A DNA stretch of 64,000 nucleotides from NCBI RefSeq assembly GCF_000737315.1, contig NZ_JMCB01000006.1, forward strand, positions 868,001 to 932,000. The letters run 5' to 3'. Every line of letters starts with the position of its first letter. Within the stretch, counting starts at the first letter, position 1. Below the pieces are notes generated by a model. The model was given only the letters and a program-made list of their open reading frames with translations, ran no database searches and was not told the DNA's origin. The translations under genes were made by a program, and so were the position numbers. Source of the DNA: Hyalangium minutum (lineage in GTDB: Bacteria > Myxococcota > Myxococcia > Myxococcales > Myxococcaceae). This document shows, piece after piece, positions 9,801 through 18,960 of the stretch.

Positions 9801-10554
9801 CTACTCGCGCAACAACTGCAGAGCTCCTTCCCGGCAGGAGGGCACGGTATTGCGACGAGGGTCGGCGCCGCGTGGGGTGCACATGCCGAGGGTTAACCCA
9901 CCGGGCCCGGACATGGCTCCACTGTTGGACCTCGCCCGTGGGAAAGTAGCGCAGGATGATGCGTGCGCCGTCCTGGCGCTCCGCCACCAGCGCCGACGCC
10001 ATCTCAATGACTGTGTTCTTGTAGAGGGCGGGAGCCGGGTTGCCTGGATAGAGGCGGACTTCCGCCATGGCCACGAGAGGTTTGAACGCGTCCGTCGGCC
10101 ATGCTTTGAGATCACGCGAAGACGGAGGCGCGGCGCAGAGGTGGTTGTGGACATATCCCACGACCCACACCTGAGAGGCAGGGTAGTCGTCATCCTTCAC
10201 GGTGAAGAAGGGCTGACATGCCTCGTGGTTTCCCGGCACGGGCTCGGAGAGCCGCCAGGACAGGGAGTCGCCGTCCCCGGCGACGTAGACTGTCGAGCAG
10301 TACTCCGTGGACAGGCCCACGATGGGCCGCTGCGTGACCCAGTCACACACCTTGGCGCCTGGGAGCGTGAGTAACGCGTCCGCAACATCTCGCAGCAAGG
10401 AGATAGGAATGGAGGTGTCCCCCGTGGGCATCTCGACGGCTGGCACTTCCGACCACGGTCCCCTGGGAAGGGGCGCATCTTGCGCAGGAGTGTTGGGCGG
10501 GGCCGAGGTAGCGCACGCGGCTCCGGCCAAGAGAAACGGAAGCACAAATCGCAT
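9801..10554 (-). pseudogene. Lipoprotein with JAB/MPN-like metallo-motif, interrupted by a +1 frameshift at about 9893-9894
   Basis: MRFVLPFLLAGAAC signal; EYC...GYVHNHLCAAPPSSRD motif. Removing one base from GTTAACCCTC restores WVTLGMC...LQLLRE*, matching the relic at 8933..9028. Confidence 0.7.
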
Positions 10555-10981
10555 GGAGGTGTCTCCACGAAGGAGCGGGCCACGGCGGTGGGGCGCATCC
10601 ACTGTCCTCCCAGCCTAGCGGTGGGCGCCCTCCTCCATCGAATCTCCTTTCACCCACAGTCCCACGGCCCAGAGCTCACGCCTTCGGGTCGTCTGATGTA
10701 AGACAGAGCCTACTCACTGAGGTGTCCCTCTCTCTGCCCGGAAGAGGGCCCTCCGCTCCCATCTCCTCCGAGCGCCTCCTGGCCTCGGTCCCACCTCTGG
10801 GGTCAGTCCTCGGCGCTCCGCCTCTCGGGGCTGGCGGCCTGGAGGGCGGCAGAGCAGGGGTCTTTTGAGACTCGCCTTCGTGTTTCTCTTCCTCCCGAGG
10901 GGGGAGCCGGTGGAGTAGTCTCGGATCCCAGGAAAGGACCCTCCCCTTGCCAGCCCTCGGCTGGCTCCGTCTGCCCGTTCG

Positions 10982-12442
10982 ATGAGCGCCTCCAGTCCCC
11001 TCTTCGGCGACCTCCTGCTCAAGCTGGGCATCGTCACGCCCAGTCAGGTCCAGGAAGCGCTCGCGCTGCAAGCCCTCACCGGCCAGCGCGTGGGCGAGGC
11101 CCTCATCTCCCTGGGCTATGTCACCCGAGAGCAAATCCAGGACGCGCTCGGCGAGGCGCTCGGGCTCACCAGTGAGAAGGTGGCCTCGCACCCGCCGCTG
11201 GGCGAGCTGCTGGTGGGGATGAAGTACATCACCCTGGCCCAGCTCGAAGAGGCGCTGGCCTTCCAACGCAAGGATGGGCGCAAGCTCGGCGAAATCCTCG
11301 TCGAGATGGGGTACTGCACCTACAAGCAAATCTACGAGGCGCTCAGCCTGCAGGGCCGCATCTCCGGCCGCCAAGAGCCGCCCCGCCCCGCCACCGAAGG
11401 CAAGCACCGCGTCATGGTGGTGGATGACAGCCCGCTGGCGTGCGCCTTCGTGCAGGAGGGGCTGGAGACGCTGGGCTACGAGGTGCTCTGCTTCGACGAC
11501 CCGTACAAGGCGCTGGAGCAGGTGGGCCGGGTGCAGCCGGCCATCGTCCTGACGGATCTGGACATGCCGGGCATCGACGGGGTGGAGCTGTGCCGGCGGC
11601 TGAAGGACGGCCCGGCGCGGCAAGTGCCCGTCATCATCCTCACGGCCAATGACGGAGAGACGGAGCGCGTGCAGGGCCTGCGCGCGGGCGCGGACGACTA
11701 CGTGAACAAGTCCGCCTCCATGAACGAGCTGTCGGCGCGCATCGAGAACGTGATGCGCCGCACGGGCGAGACGGAGCGCGTGCGCAAGCTGTTCGCGCGC
11801 TACACCTCGGACGCGGTGGTGGAGGAGATTCTCAAGAGCCCGGACACGGTGGTGCTCACGGGCGAGAAGCGCGTCGTCACCGTGCTCTTCGCGGACATCC
11901 GCAACTTCACCGGGCTGGCGGAGAGCCTGCCTCCCGAGCAGGTGGTGGGTGTGCTCAACCAGGTGCTCGGGCGGCTGTCGGACGCGGTGCTCACGTGCGG
12001 CGGCACGCTGGACAAGTTCCTCGGGGACGGGCTGATGGCGGTGTGGGGCGCGCCGGTGCACCGCTCCGATGATGCGCTGCGGGCGCTGCAGGCCTCCAAG
12101 ATGATGATGGTGGCCATGCAGGAGCTGCGCGCGGAGGCCGAGGCCGAGTGGATTGCGGATGCGCGCAGTGGGCAGCCGCTGGTGTTGGAGCTGGGCATTG
12201 GCATCAACTCGGGCGAGGTGGTGGCCGGCAACATTGGCGGCGCCATGCGCACCGAGTACACCTGCATTGGCGACGCGGTGAATGTGGCCTCGCGCCTGTG
12301 CGCCCTGGCGGGGGCGGGAGAGATTCTGGTGGGTGAGCGCACCCGCTTCCTCGTCCAGGGCCGGGAGATGGCGTTCGAGGACCTGCCGCCGGTGCGGCTC
12401 AAGGGCAAGCAGCAGCCCGTGCCGCTCTACCGCGCCTTGTAA
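10982..12442 (+). CDS. Class III adenylate cyclase with tandem MshEN-like motifs and a receiver domain
   Basis: LGxxLLxxGxxTxxQxxEALxxQ repeats; REC (VVDDS, TDLDMPG, K); cyclase [30 protein letters not shown]. Lys in DKF indicates ATP specificity. Confidence 0.9.
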   Translation: MSASSPLFGDLLLKLGIVTPSQVQEALALQALTGQRVGEALISLGYVTREQIQDALGEALGLTSEKVASHPPLGELLVGMKYITLAQLEEALAFQRKDGRKLGEILVEMGYCTYKQIYEALSLQGRISGRQEPPRPATEGKHRVMVVDDSPLACAFVQEGLETLGYEVLCFDDPYKALEQVGRVQPAIVLTDLDMPGIDGVELCRRLKDGPARQVPVIILTANDGETERVQGLRAGADDYVNKSASMNELSARIENVMRRTGETERVRKLFARYTSDAVVEEILKSPDTVVLTGEKRVVTVLFADIRNFTGLAESLPPEQVVGVLNQVLGRLSDAVLTCGGTLDKFLGDGLMAVWGAPVHRSDDALRALQASKMMMVAMQELRAEAEAEWIADARSGQPLVLELGIGINSGEVVAGNIGGAMRTEYTCIGDAVNVASRLCALAGAGEILVGERTRFLVQGREMAFEDLPPVRLKGKQQPVPLYRAL

Positions 12443-12446
12443 GGAC

Positions 12447-12839
12447 ATGACCGAAGAGACGACTCGCGCGCGCCGCCGTACCCCCCTGGGCCTCTTCCTG
12501 GGGATGGGGGCGGGGCTGTGCCTGGTGGTGATGTTGGTGTCGTTGCACTTCCGGCGCCGGGACGACGTCAGTTGGGTGCGCATCCATGAGGACTTCGCGG
12601 TGATCAACGCCGCGCTGAAGCGCTATCAGGCCGACAAGGGTTCCCTGCCCCAAGGGGACTCGCTGGAGTTCCTGGTGCCGGACTATGCGCCCTCGGTGCC
12701 GGCGGATCCGTGGGGCCGCCCGTACATCTTCCTGAACAACGGCAAGGAGCCGCTGCTCGTCACCTTTGGCCAGGACGGCGAGCGGGGCGGGCAGGGCATC
12801 GAGCAGGACCACAACCAGTTCGACGGCCACGGGCACTGA
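12447..12839 (+). CDS. GspG-like pseudopilin-domain protein (T2SSG fold)
   Basis: N-terminal TM; INAALKRYQADKGSLP, DPWGRPY and TFGQDGERGGQG typical of the GspG C-terminal domain; 4 bp after the cyclase stop. Confidence 0.75.
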   Translation: MTEETTRARRRTPLGLFLGMGAGLCLVVMLVSLHFRRRDDVSWVRIHEDFAVINAALKRYQADKGSLPQGDSLEFLVPDYAPSVPADPWGRPYIFLNNGKEPLLVTFGQDGERGGQGIEQDHNQFDGHGH

Positions 12840-13049
12840 GGCTCGGCTCGCCTCGAAGCCCGTGAAGCGGCCAGGGGAGCCAGGGCTCTCCGTGCCGGGG
12901 CGTGTCCTGCCTGGCGGAGCGGCCGGGCCGCCACTTTTGTCGCCTGTTCCCTGCCGGAATGAGCAGCGTGGAGGTGGACGGGTGACACCGGGGAGCTGCG
13001 GGCCTCGAGTGTTCTCCAGGGAGAGCCCGAGGGCTCGGAGGTGGCCGCC

Positions 13050-14435
13050 ATGCCCATCGTCTGCATCACGAACCTGTCCCCGGATTCGGTGAGAGCAGCC
13101 AACACCGCGGCAGCCCTGGCTGCGCGGCGGAAGGTACCGCTGATGTTGTATGGCGTCCCGGAGCCTGAGAGCCCGAACGGAGCGGGCGCCTCGCAGGTGG
13201 TCCTGCATGGGCGGCTCGAGCTGGAGGCCGAGCGGCTCCGGGCCCAGGGCGTGGAGGTGCACACGGTGATGACGCCCAAGGCCGAGGAGGCGCTGCTGGG
13301 CGACGAGGAGTGCCGCAAGGCCGAGTGGTGCGTGGTGGCCGCCGATGGCTGGCAGATCCCCGTCTGGCGCCGCACCCCGCTGCCCGAGCGGCTGATGCAG
13401 CGTGCGTGTGCTCCGGTGCTCGTGGTGCGCCGCGACGAGGCGCTGGTGGACTGGGCCCATGGCCGGCGGCGGCTCGTGGCGATGGTGGGGGTGGACGCGT
13501 CGGATGAGGCGGATGGCTCGGTGGCCTTCATCCGGGCGCTGCGCGAGGTGGGGCCGTGCGACGTCATCGCCACGTATGTCTGCAGCCCGGCGGAGGAGCG
13601 CACGCGGCTGGGGATTCACAGCCCGGTGCGCGTGGAGTTGCTGGATCCGGTGGTGCGCGGCATCCAGGCGCTGGACCCCTACGTGGAGCGCGTGCTGGTG
13701 CGCGAGGTGCGCGAGCGCCTGGGAGAGGTGCCTGGGGAGGGGAACGTGGAGATCCACCTGGAGCCGGGCTACGGGCGGCGGGATGAGCACCTGCTGCACG
13801 TGGCGCGGAAGCGCGGGGTGGACCTGGTGGTGGTGGGGACACACCAGCGGGTGGGCCTGCAGCGGTGGTGGCATGGCTCGGTGTCCGCGGGGGTGATGCG
13901 GCACGCGGAGCAGTCCGTGGTGTGCGTGCCGGCCACGTTTGTGAAGCCTCGGAAGCTGGGAGCTCCCCGGAGCGTGCTGGTGCCGGTGGACTTCACCGAG
14001 GCGAGCCAGCGGGCCATTGCCCAGGCGCGCATGCTGGTGGGCGTGGGGGGGCGGGTGCACCTGCTCCACGTGCACGTGCGCCGGATGGGGGACCCGGACT
14101 GGACGGACCACTACGGGGTGCTGCCGGAGCCGCCGCGCGAGCGCGAGGAGATGATGCGCCGGCTCCAGGCGCTGGTGCCGCAGGAGAATGACGGGGTGCG
14201 TTGGACCCTCGAGGGGGTGAGTGCGAGCGAGGAGGCGCAGGCCATCTGCCAGGCGGCGGAGCGCGAGGGGGTGGATCTGGTGTGCGTGGGGGCAGTGGGG
14301 GGGAGGATGGGCCGGGTGGGCGGGGTGGCGCGGGAGCTGATGGCGCGCTGCCACCGGCCAGTGCTGGTAGTCCCGGCGCCGGAAGAGGCCAGAGAACCCT
14401 TGGGGTGGGGCGCTCAGGGCATCCACAACCCGTGA
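13050..14435 (+). CDS. Multi-domain universal stress protein
   Basis: Repeated USP motifs (VGVDAS, DLVVVGTH...GSVS, VLVPVDFTEAS, DLVCVG...PVLVV). Confidence 0.85.
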   Translation: MPIVCITNLSPDSVRAANTAAALAARRKVPLMLYGVPEPESPNGAGASQVVLHGRLELEAERLRAQGVEVHTVMTPKAEEALLGDEECRKAEWCVVAADGWQIPVWRRTPLPERLMQRACAPVLVVRRDEALVDWAHGRRRLVAMVGVDASDEADGSVAFIRALREVGPCDVIATYVCSPAEERTRLGIHSPVRVELLDPVVRGIQALDPYVERVLVREVRERLGEVPGEGNVEIHLEPGYGRRDEHLLHVARKRGVDLVVVGTHQRVGLQRWWHGSVSAGVMRHAEQSVVCVPATFVKPRKLGAPRSVLVPVDFTEASQRAIAQARMLVGVGGRVHLLHVHVRRMGDPDWTDHYGVLPEPPREREEMMRRLQALVPQENDGVRWTLEGVSASEEAQAICQAAEREGVDLVCVGAVGGRMGRVGGVARELMARCHRPVLVVPAPEEAREPLGWGAQGIHNP

Positions 14436-14561
14436 AAATCCGTTCAGCCCTCCGTGACGGAGCCCAGAAATCGGCCTGATACAGGCCCGTGGGATTCGAC
14501 GTCCAACCCGTGGGGGCGTTAGACTCGACGCGACCCCTTTTTCCGGGAAGGAAGGTCTGAC

Positions 14562-15158
14562 GTGTTGATACCCCGCGGATATCGCGAAGAGGAGCTCGTC
14601 TCCAACCGCGCAGCGCTGTTGCTCTACGGCGGGACGGAGGAAGAGCGGCGCTCGTGGGCCGTCGAGGCGGCGCACCACTTTGAGCACGAGGGTGAGCTGC
14701 TCGAGGTCCGCCAGTCGGCGGAGCTGGTGGAAGCGCTGAAGCGGCCGCGAGGCGTGGTGTTCGTGCCGGACGTGGTGAAGCTGGGGCTGGAGGCGCAGAG
14801 CCACATCCTCCGCTGCCTGCTGCGGCAGGAGGAGCGGCCCAAGCTGGTGCTGGGCATGACGGGCACGGCCGAGTCGGCGCTGGAGCGCGGCACGCTGCGC
14901 GAGGATCTGCACTACCGGCTCAACCAGGCGCAGGTGGACCTGGGCACGGCCGGACTTCGCGAGACGCTGAAGAAGCGCTGGGCTGCCCTCGCCGAGCGGC
15001 GCGCGGCGAAGGAGGCCGCTAAGCGCGAGGCCGCCGAGCAGGAACGGCAGGCCGCCATGGTGCGCAAGCCCGGCACGGTGACGCGGCTCACCCCACAGCA
15101 GCGCAAGGTCCAGGCTCCCGGCAAGACTGCCACGCGCAAGGCCAGCAGTCGCAGGTAG
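14562..15158 (+). CDS. Degenerate sigma54-activator-like AAA+ domain protein with charged tail
   Basis: LGLEAQSHILRCL and GTLREDLHYRLN resemble EBP C-motifs; no intact Walker A, GAFTGA or HTH. Confidence 0.65.
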   Translation: MLIPRGYREEELVSNRAALLLYGGTEEERRSWAVEAAHHFEHEGELLEVRQSAELVEALKRPRGVVFVPDVVKLGLEAQSHILRCLLRQEERPKLVLGMTGTAESALERGTLREDLHYRLNQAQVDLGTAGLRETLKKRWAALAERRAAKEAAKREAAEQERQAAMVRKPGTVTRLTPQQRKVQAPGKTATRKASSRR

Positions 15159-15319
15159 CTCCCAGAAGAACGGGAGACACGGGACGCAGATCCACGGTAG
15201 GGCCCGCAGATCGCGGGTCCCTCGTCTCGGCGCGGGTCCCCCCGTCAGCGGACGGGTCCTCCCGCGCCGGCCGTCCCGCTCTCCCTCGGCTCACGGCTCT
15301 GCGGCTCGAGGCTGCTCGG

Positions 15320-15802
15320 CTAGCGGCCCGAGTGCAGGTGCTTCTGCCCTCGCTTCACCTTGAACTGCTTGGCCGGAGCAGGCTCCTTCGCCTTCGTCGA
15401 ACGCTTGGGCGCCGCCGCCGGCATCGTCTTGCGGCCCGAGTCCCGCATCTCCACCGCCGGGGTCTCGGACACCTGCCGCGAGGCGGCCCGGCGCCCCTTC
15501 GCGGGGGCTGTCTCGGTTTTTGCCGGCTTCATCGGCGCTGCTGCCTTCGGCTCCGGCTGCTGCACCGGAGTCTCAGTCAGCTGCTCTTTCACGGCGGCCT
15601 TCGGCGTGAGGCGCACCTTGCTCGGGCGCCCGCCCAGCTTCTGCTGGAGCTTGTCCACCGTCTTCACCGCGGCCACCGTTGTCTCCACCAGCACCCGTGC
15701 TCCTCGCGTGCCCGCCTTGGCCGCCGCCTGGACGCCCCGCGTGCGCACCTTCGAGGCCGCCTTCTTCACCTTGTCCACCAGTCCACGCCTCAGTGTCGCC
15801 AT
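15320..15802 (-). CDS. Basic Lys/Ala/Pro-rich hypothetical protein
   Basis: Good codon pattern and RBS (GAGGGG); histone-H1-like composition. Confidence 0.65.
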   Translation of the reverse strand: MATLRRGLVDKVKKAASKVRTRGVQAAAKAGTRGARVLVETTVAAVKTVDKLQQKLGGRPSKVRLTPKAAVKEQLTETPVQQPEPKAAAPMKPAKTETAPAKGRRAASRQVSETPAVEMRDSGRKTMPAAAPKRSTKAKEPAPAKQFKVKRGQKHLHSGR

Positions 15803-15913
15803 GCTGTCCCCTCACTCCGGAAGTTTCGGAAGCGTTTTCGCTCCGGCGGAAGGTAGTCACGAGTCCACCAGCCGGAAGCGGGGCGACAGCTCGCCTGCCT
15901 GCTGTCAGACTCG

Positions 15914-16744
15914 ATGACTGTGAGCGACTCGATGACGCCCCCGGAACGACGCACGCGCGGGCGCACCTCTCGCTCCCGGCTCAGGGCTCTGGACGCCTAC
16001 CTGTTCCAGTGCGAGCGCCCGCTGCTGGAGCGTCAGGACGAGGCCTGGCGCGACGCGGCCTTCCTGGACGTGGGCTTCGGCGAGCACCCATGGACGACTC
16101 TGGAGAGCGCCACCCTGTTCCGGGAGCTGAACCCTCACCTGCCTGTCATCGGCGTGGAGGCGGATGAAGGCAGGGCCTCCGCGGCAGCTCGCCACGAGGA
16201 AGCACGGACCCGCTTCGTCCACGGGGGCTTCGACTGGGCCTCCACAGTAGGACAGCCCGCACGGCTCGTGCGCGCCATGAACATCCTGCGCCAGTACCGC
16301 GCCGAAGATGTGGAGGCCGCGCACACGGAGCTGGGCCGGGCGCTGCTGCCCGGAGGCCTCGTCGTGGAGGGCAGCACGGACGTGCAGGGCGGAATCACCG
16401 CGGTGCACTTGCTGCGGCGCACCCCCGAGGGTCTCTCCCGCGAGGCGCTCCTCTTCCACACGGACTTCCACCAGGGCTTTGCCCCGCTGCTCTTCCGCGA
16501 CTGGCTGCCCAGGGACTTGCGCCGCCGCGTCCAGCCGGATGAACCCATCCACGACTTCTTCACCGAATGGACAGAGGCTTGGAAGAAGGCGCGCGAACTC
16601 GGCGCATGGGAGCCCCGGAGCGCCTTCCAGGAGAGCGCAAGGCAACTGGCCGCGTCCTCCGTCAGCGTGAGCACGGACCCGTGGCTGCTGGAGCGCGGCT
16701 ACCTGCGGTGGCAGCCCTCCGGCGGAGTACCCCGCCCCCGCTGA
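15914..16744 (+). CDS. Class I SAM-dependent methyltransferase-like protein
   Basis: FLDVGFG motif I, VIGVE motif II, VRAMNIL, LLPGGLVV. Confidence 0.7.
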   Translation: MTVSDSMTPPERRTRGRTSRSRLRALDAYLFQCERPLLERQDEAWRDAAFLDVGFGEHPWTTLESATLFRELNPHLPVIGVEADEGRASAAARHEEARTRFVHGGFDWASTVGQPARLVRAMNILRQYRAEDVEAAHTELGRALLPGGLVVEGSTDVQGGITAVHLLRRTPEGLSREALLFHTDFHQGFAPLLFRDWLPRDLRRRVQPDEPIHDFFTEWTEAWKKARELGAWEPRSAFQESARQLAASSVSVSTDPWLLERGYLRWQPSGGVPRPR

Positions 16745-16749
16745 TCAGC

Positions 16750-17238
16750 TCAAGAAGGCCACAGTCCGGGCGTGGGCTCGGCCTCGGGCTCGCGGGCGAA
16801 GATGCGGATCCCCCGGATGAAGCGGGCCAGGGGCTCGTAGATCCACCCACCCAACAACCAGAAGGGCGCATAGTCCAGGCGGATCAGCCCATTCACATTC
16901 CACGGCGACACCGAGTAGTCCCACGGACACCGGCCAATCGCCGCCACCAGCAGGGCGCCCGACACGTACTCCACCGTGAAGCACACGGCCATGGCCACGA
17001 AAGCCCGTGTCACCCGGCTCAGCCCGGCCCGCTGCATCAGCCCCAACAGGTGCTCGCCCAGCAGCAGCCCCACTCCCCAGATGGGGTGCATCCACAGGTA
17101 CGAGTACCCCTTGAGCCTCAAGTCTCCCGCGCCGCTGGCCAGATCCATCACCGAGGTGAAGCAGCACTCGATGCACCACCCCACCAGCCCGTACGCGATG
17201 AACTTCCCCACCAGCCCCAGCCGTTCTCCTCCCGACAT
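16750..17238 (-). CDS. Membrane protein of the putative ABC-transporter type IV (CmpB/DUF1113-like) family
   Basis: F.AYGLVGWCIE, P.WG.G, EY.SG..L....PWDYS, GLIRL.YAPFW motifs. Confidence 0.75.
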   Translation of the reverse strand: MSGGERLGLVGKFIAYGLVGWCIECCFTSVMDLASGAGDLRLKGYSYLWMHPIWGVGLLLGEHLLGLMQRAGLSRVTRAFVAMAVCFTVEYVSGALLVAAIGRCPWDYSVSPWNVNGLIRLDYAPFWLLGGWIYEPLARFIRGIRIFAREPEAEPTPGLWPS

Positions 17239-17423
17239 TCGCTGCCCAACCATCACGCCCCGACCGCCGCTCATCCGTGCCTCCCACGCCTGCGAAGCGT
17301 GGTGAGAAAATGAGTTCCCACCCCCGAAAACCGCAAGTCATGGGACTGGGGGAACCCAGAATGGGCCCGGCGGAGTGTCCACCCCGCAACGTCCTGATCC
17401 GTCCAGGCCCGAAGGCCCGGGGC

Positions 17424-17825
17424 TTACGGCAGCGTGTCGAGCTGCAGGCCGATCAGGTGGAAGCCTCCGCCCATGTAGGACCAGCCGAGTCGCTGTGCGC
17501 GCTTCACCACCGCCTCCAACTGTGTGGAGCCCAGCAGCGTCTTGAAGCCCAGCTTCTTGGCGTCCCGGCTCAGCGCGACGACCACGGCATCCAGCGCCCG
17601 GGTGCGCTCCTCCTTGGACACATCCTTGTTGGCGATCAGGCTCTCCAACCAGCACACCGAACTGTCCGTGCGGTAGAGAAAGCCTGCGGCGACACCCGGG
17701 ACGATGTAGCCCGTCTGCGGCAGCGCCTCGGGGATCATCGTCTCGCCAAAAAGCTCGAACCACCGGAGCACCTGGGCGAAGTGCTGCTCCGGCACGTAGG
17801 GGATGGGCGTGAACTCCTCAGACAT
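17424..17825 (-). CDS. Hypothetical protein, possible degenerate GNAT fold
   Basis: AAGFLY...WLESLIAN...RALDAVV..L...AKKLGFK...RLGW pattern. Confidence 0.65.
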   Translation of the reverse strand: MSEEFTPIPYVPEQHFAQVLRWFELFGETMIPEALPQTGYIVPGVAAGFLYRTDSSVCWLESLIANKDVSKEERTRALDAVVVALSRDAKKLGFKTLLGSTQLEAVVKRAQRLGWSYMGGGFHLIGLQLDTLP

Positions 17826-17962
17826 GGGCAACCTCCAGCCGCGTTGCTAACCCAAGCGCCGCCGAACGCAAAGAAGGCGGAAGCTTGCGTAAAGCCGGAA
17901 CTCCCGGGCAGACTCTGCGTCCTGGTTCGCCTTCATCTCCCCAAACCCCTGGAGTCGAAGAC

Positions 17963-18328
17963 ATGTCTCAGGACACCTCTCCCCGCCCGAAGCGTGGTCT
18001 CAAGCGCCCCGTCGAAGTGGTCCGCGCCGAGCTGCTCAAGGATGCAGACACCAAGCGCATCGCCAAGGCGGTGGGCATGTCGCTCGAGGACTATGTGGAG
18101 CTGGTGCTCAAGTACGCCCAGGACAAGGACAAGGAGCCCGAGGTCCACGTCGTCTCCGACGAGGAGCTGAAGAAGAACGGCTTCAACGTCGTGACGGCCG
18201 AGGAGGCCGGCAAGATGCTGGTGGCCATCGCCAAGGGCGAGTTCGGCGTGGATCAGTCCTTCCAGAACTCGGAGTTCGAGGCCTCCAGCGGCCCCAAGGG
18301 CCCCTCGCTGACGGGCGACAAGAAGTAG
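17963..18328 (+). CDS. Acidic hypothetical protein
   Basis: GGAG RBS before ATG 17963; strong G/C third-position bias. Confidence 0.75.
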   Translation: MSQDTSPRPKRGLKRPVEVVRAELLKDADTKRIAKAVGMSLEDYVELVLKYAQDKDKEPEVHVVSDEELKKNGFNVVTAEEAGKMLVAIAKGEFGVDQSFQNSEFEASSGPKGPSLTGDKK

Positions 18329-18373
18329 GCAGAGGCGTGGATCGGCGGAAATTGATCGGGAAAATGCACGCAG

Positions 18374-18400
18374 GAAACCTTTTCCCTACCCCCCCGATAA
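18374..18400 (+). promoter_or_regulatory. Putative sigma28 (FliA/WhiG-type) promoter
   Basis: GAAACCTT-N11-CCCGATAA versus consensus TAAAGTTT-N11-GCCGATAA (5/8 and 7/8, exact spacing) in an AT-rich spacer. Confidence 0.5.
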
Positions 18401-18455
18401 CTCCTTTGTAAGCAGTACTTCTCCACTAAAAACTTCGAAAAAAGAGAGTCACGCC

Positions 18456-18872
18456 ATGGGCAAGGTCGTCAAGGGTATCGCCGACGTCGCGAAGAAGGTC
18501 TCCGAGGTCGCTGGGAAGGTCGCCAACATCGCCGGCAAGGTGATGGATGTCATCCAGAAGCCGCTGAGCGCGCTGACCCAGCCGATCAAGGACATCGCCG
18601 GGAAGTTCCTGGACAAGCTCGGCCCCTTCGGCAAGTTCCTGAAGCCGCTGGCTGACAAGGTCATCGACGGCGCCGCGAGCTTCCTCGGCGGCGGCCCGCT
18701 GGGCACCCTGGGCGCGCTGGGTGGCGTGGCCAAGACGGTGGGCGATGTGGCCAAGATCGCCGAGACCGTGAAGGGCGTGGCGGACAAGGTCGGCGCGTTC
18801 GCCGAGAACCCGCTGGGCCAGCTGAACTTCCAGAACATCCTGGCTCACGCCCACGCGCAGCACGTGGAGTAG
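18456..18872 (+). CDS. Small amphipathic-helix protein without signal peptide
   Basis: MGKVVKGIADVAKKVSEVAGKVANIAGKV periodicity; strong codon bias. Confidence 0.85.
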   Translation: MGKVVKGIADVAKKVSEVAGKVANIAGKVMDVIQKPLSALTQPIKDIAGKFLDKLGPFGKFLKPLADKVIDGAASFLGGGPLGTLGALGGVAKTVGDVAKIAETVKGVADKVGAFAENPLGQLNFQNILAHAHAQHVE

Positions 18873-18960
18873 TCGTCAGGAAGTTCGCGGCGCCTGCTGA
18901 GGCCGCATCAACGAGGGCCGGTCCCTTATGCGGGGACTGGCCCTTCGTCTTTTCCGGCAC

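Noticed and set aside
9541-9892. C-terminal extension of the 353-aa track ORF
   Set aside because: Out-of-frame read-through after the frameshift; it overlaps the partner lipoprotein gene.
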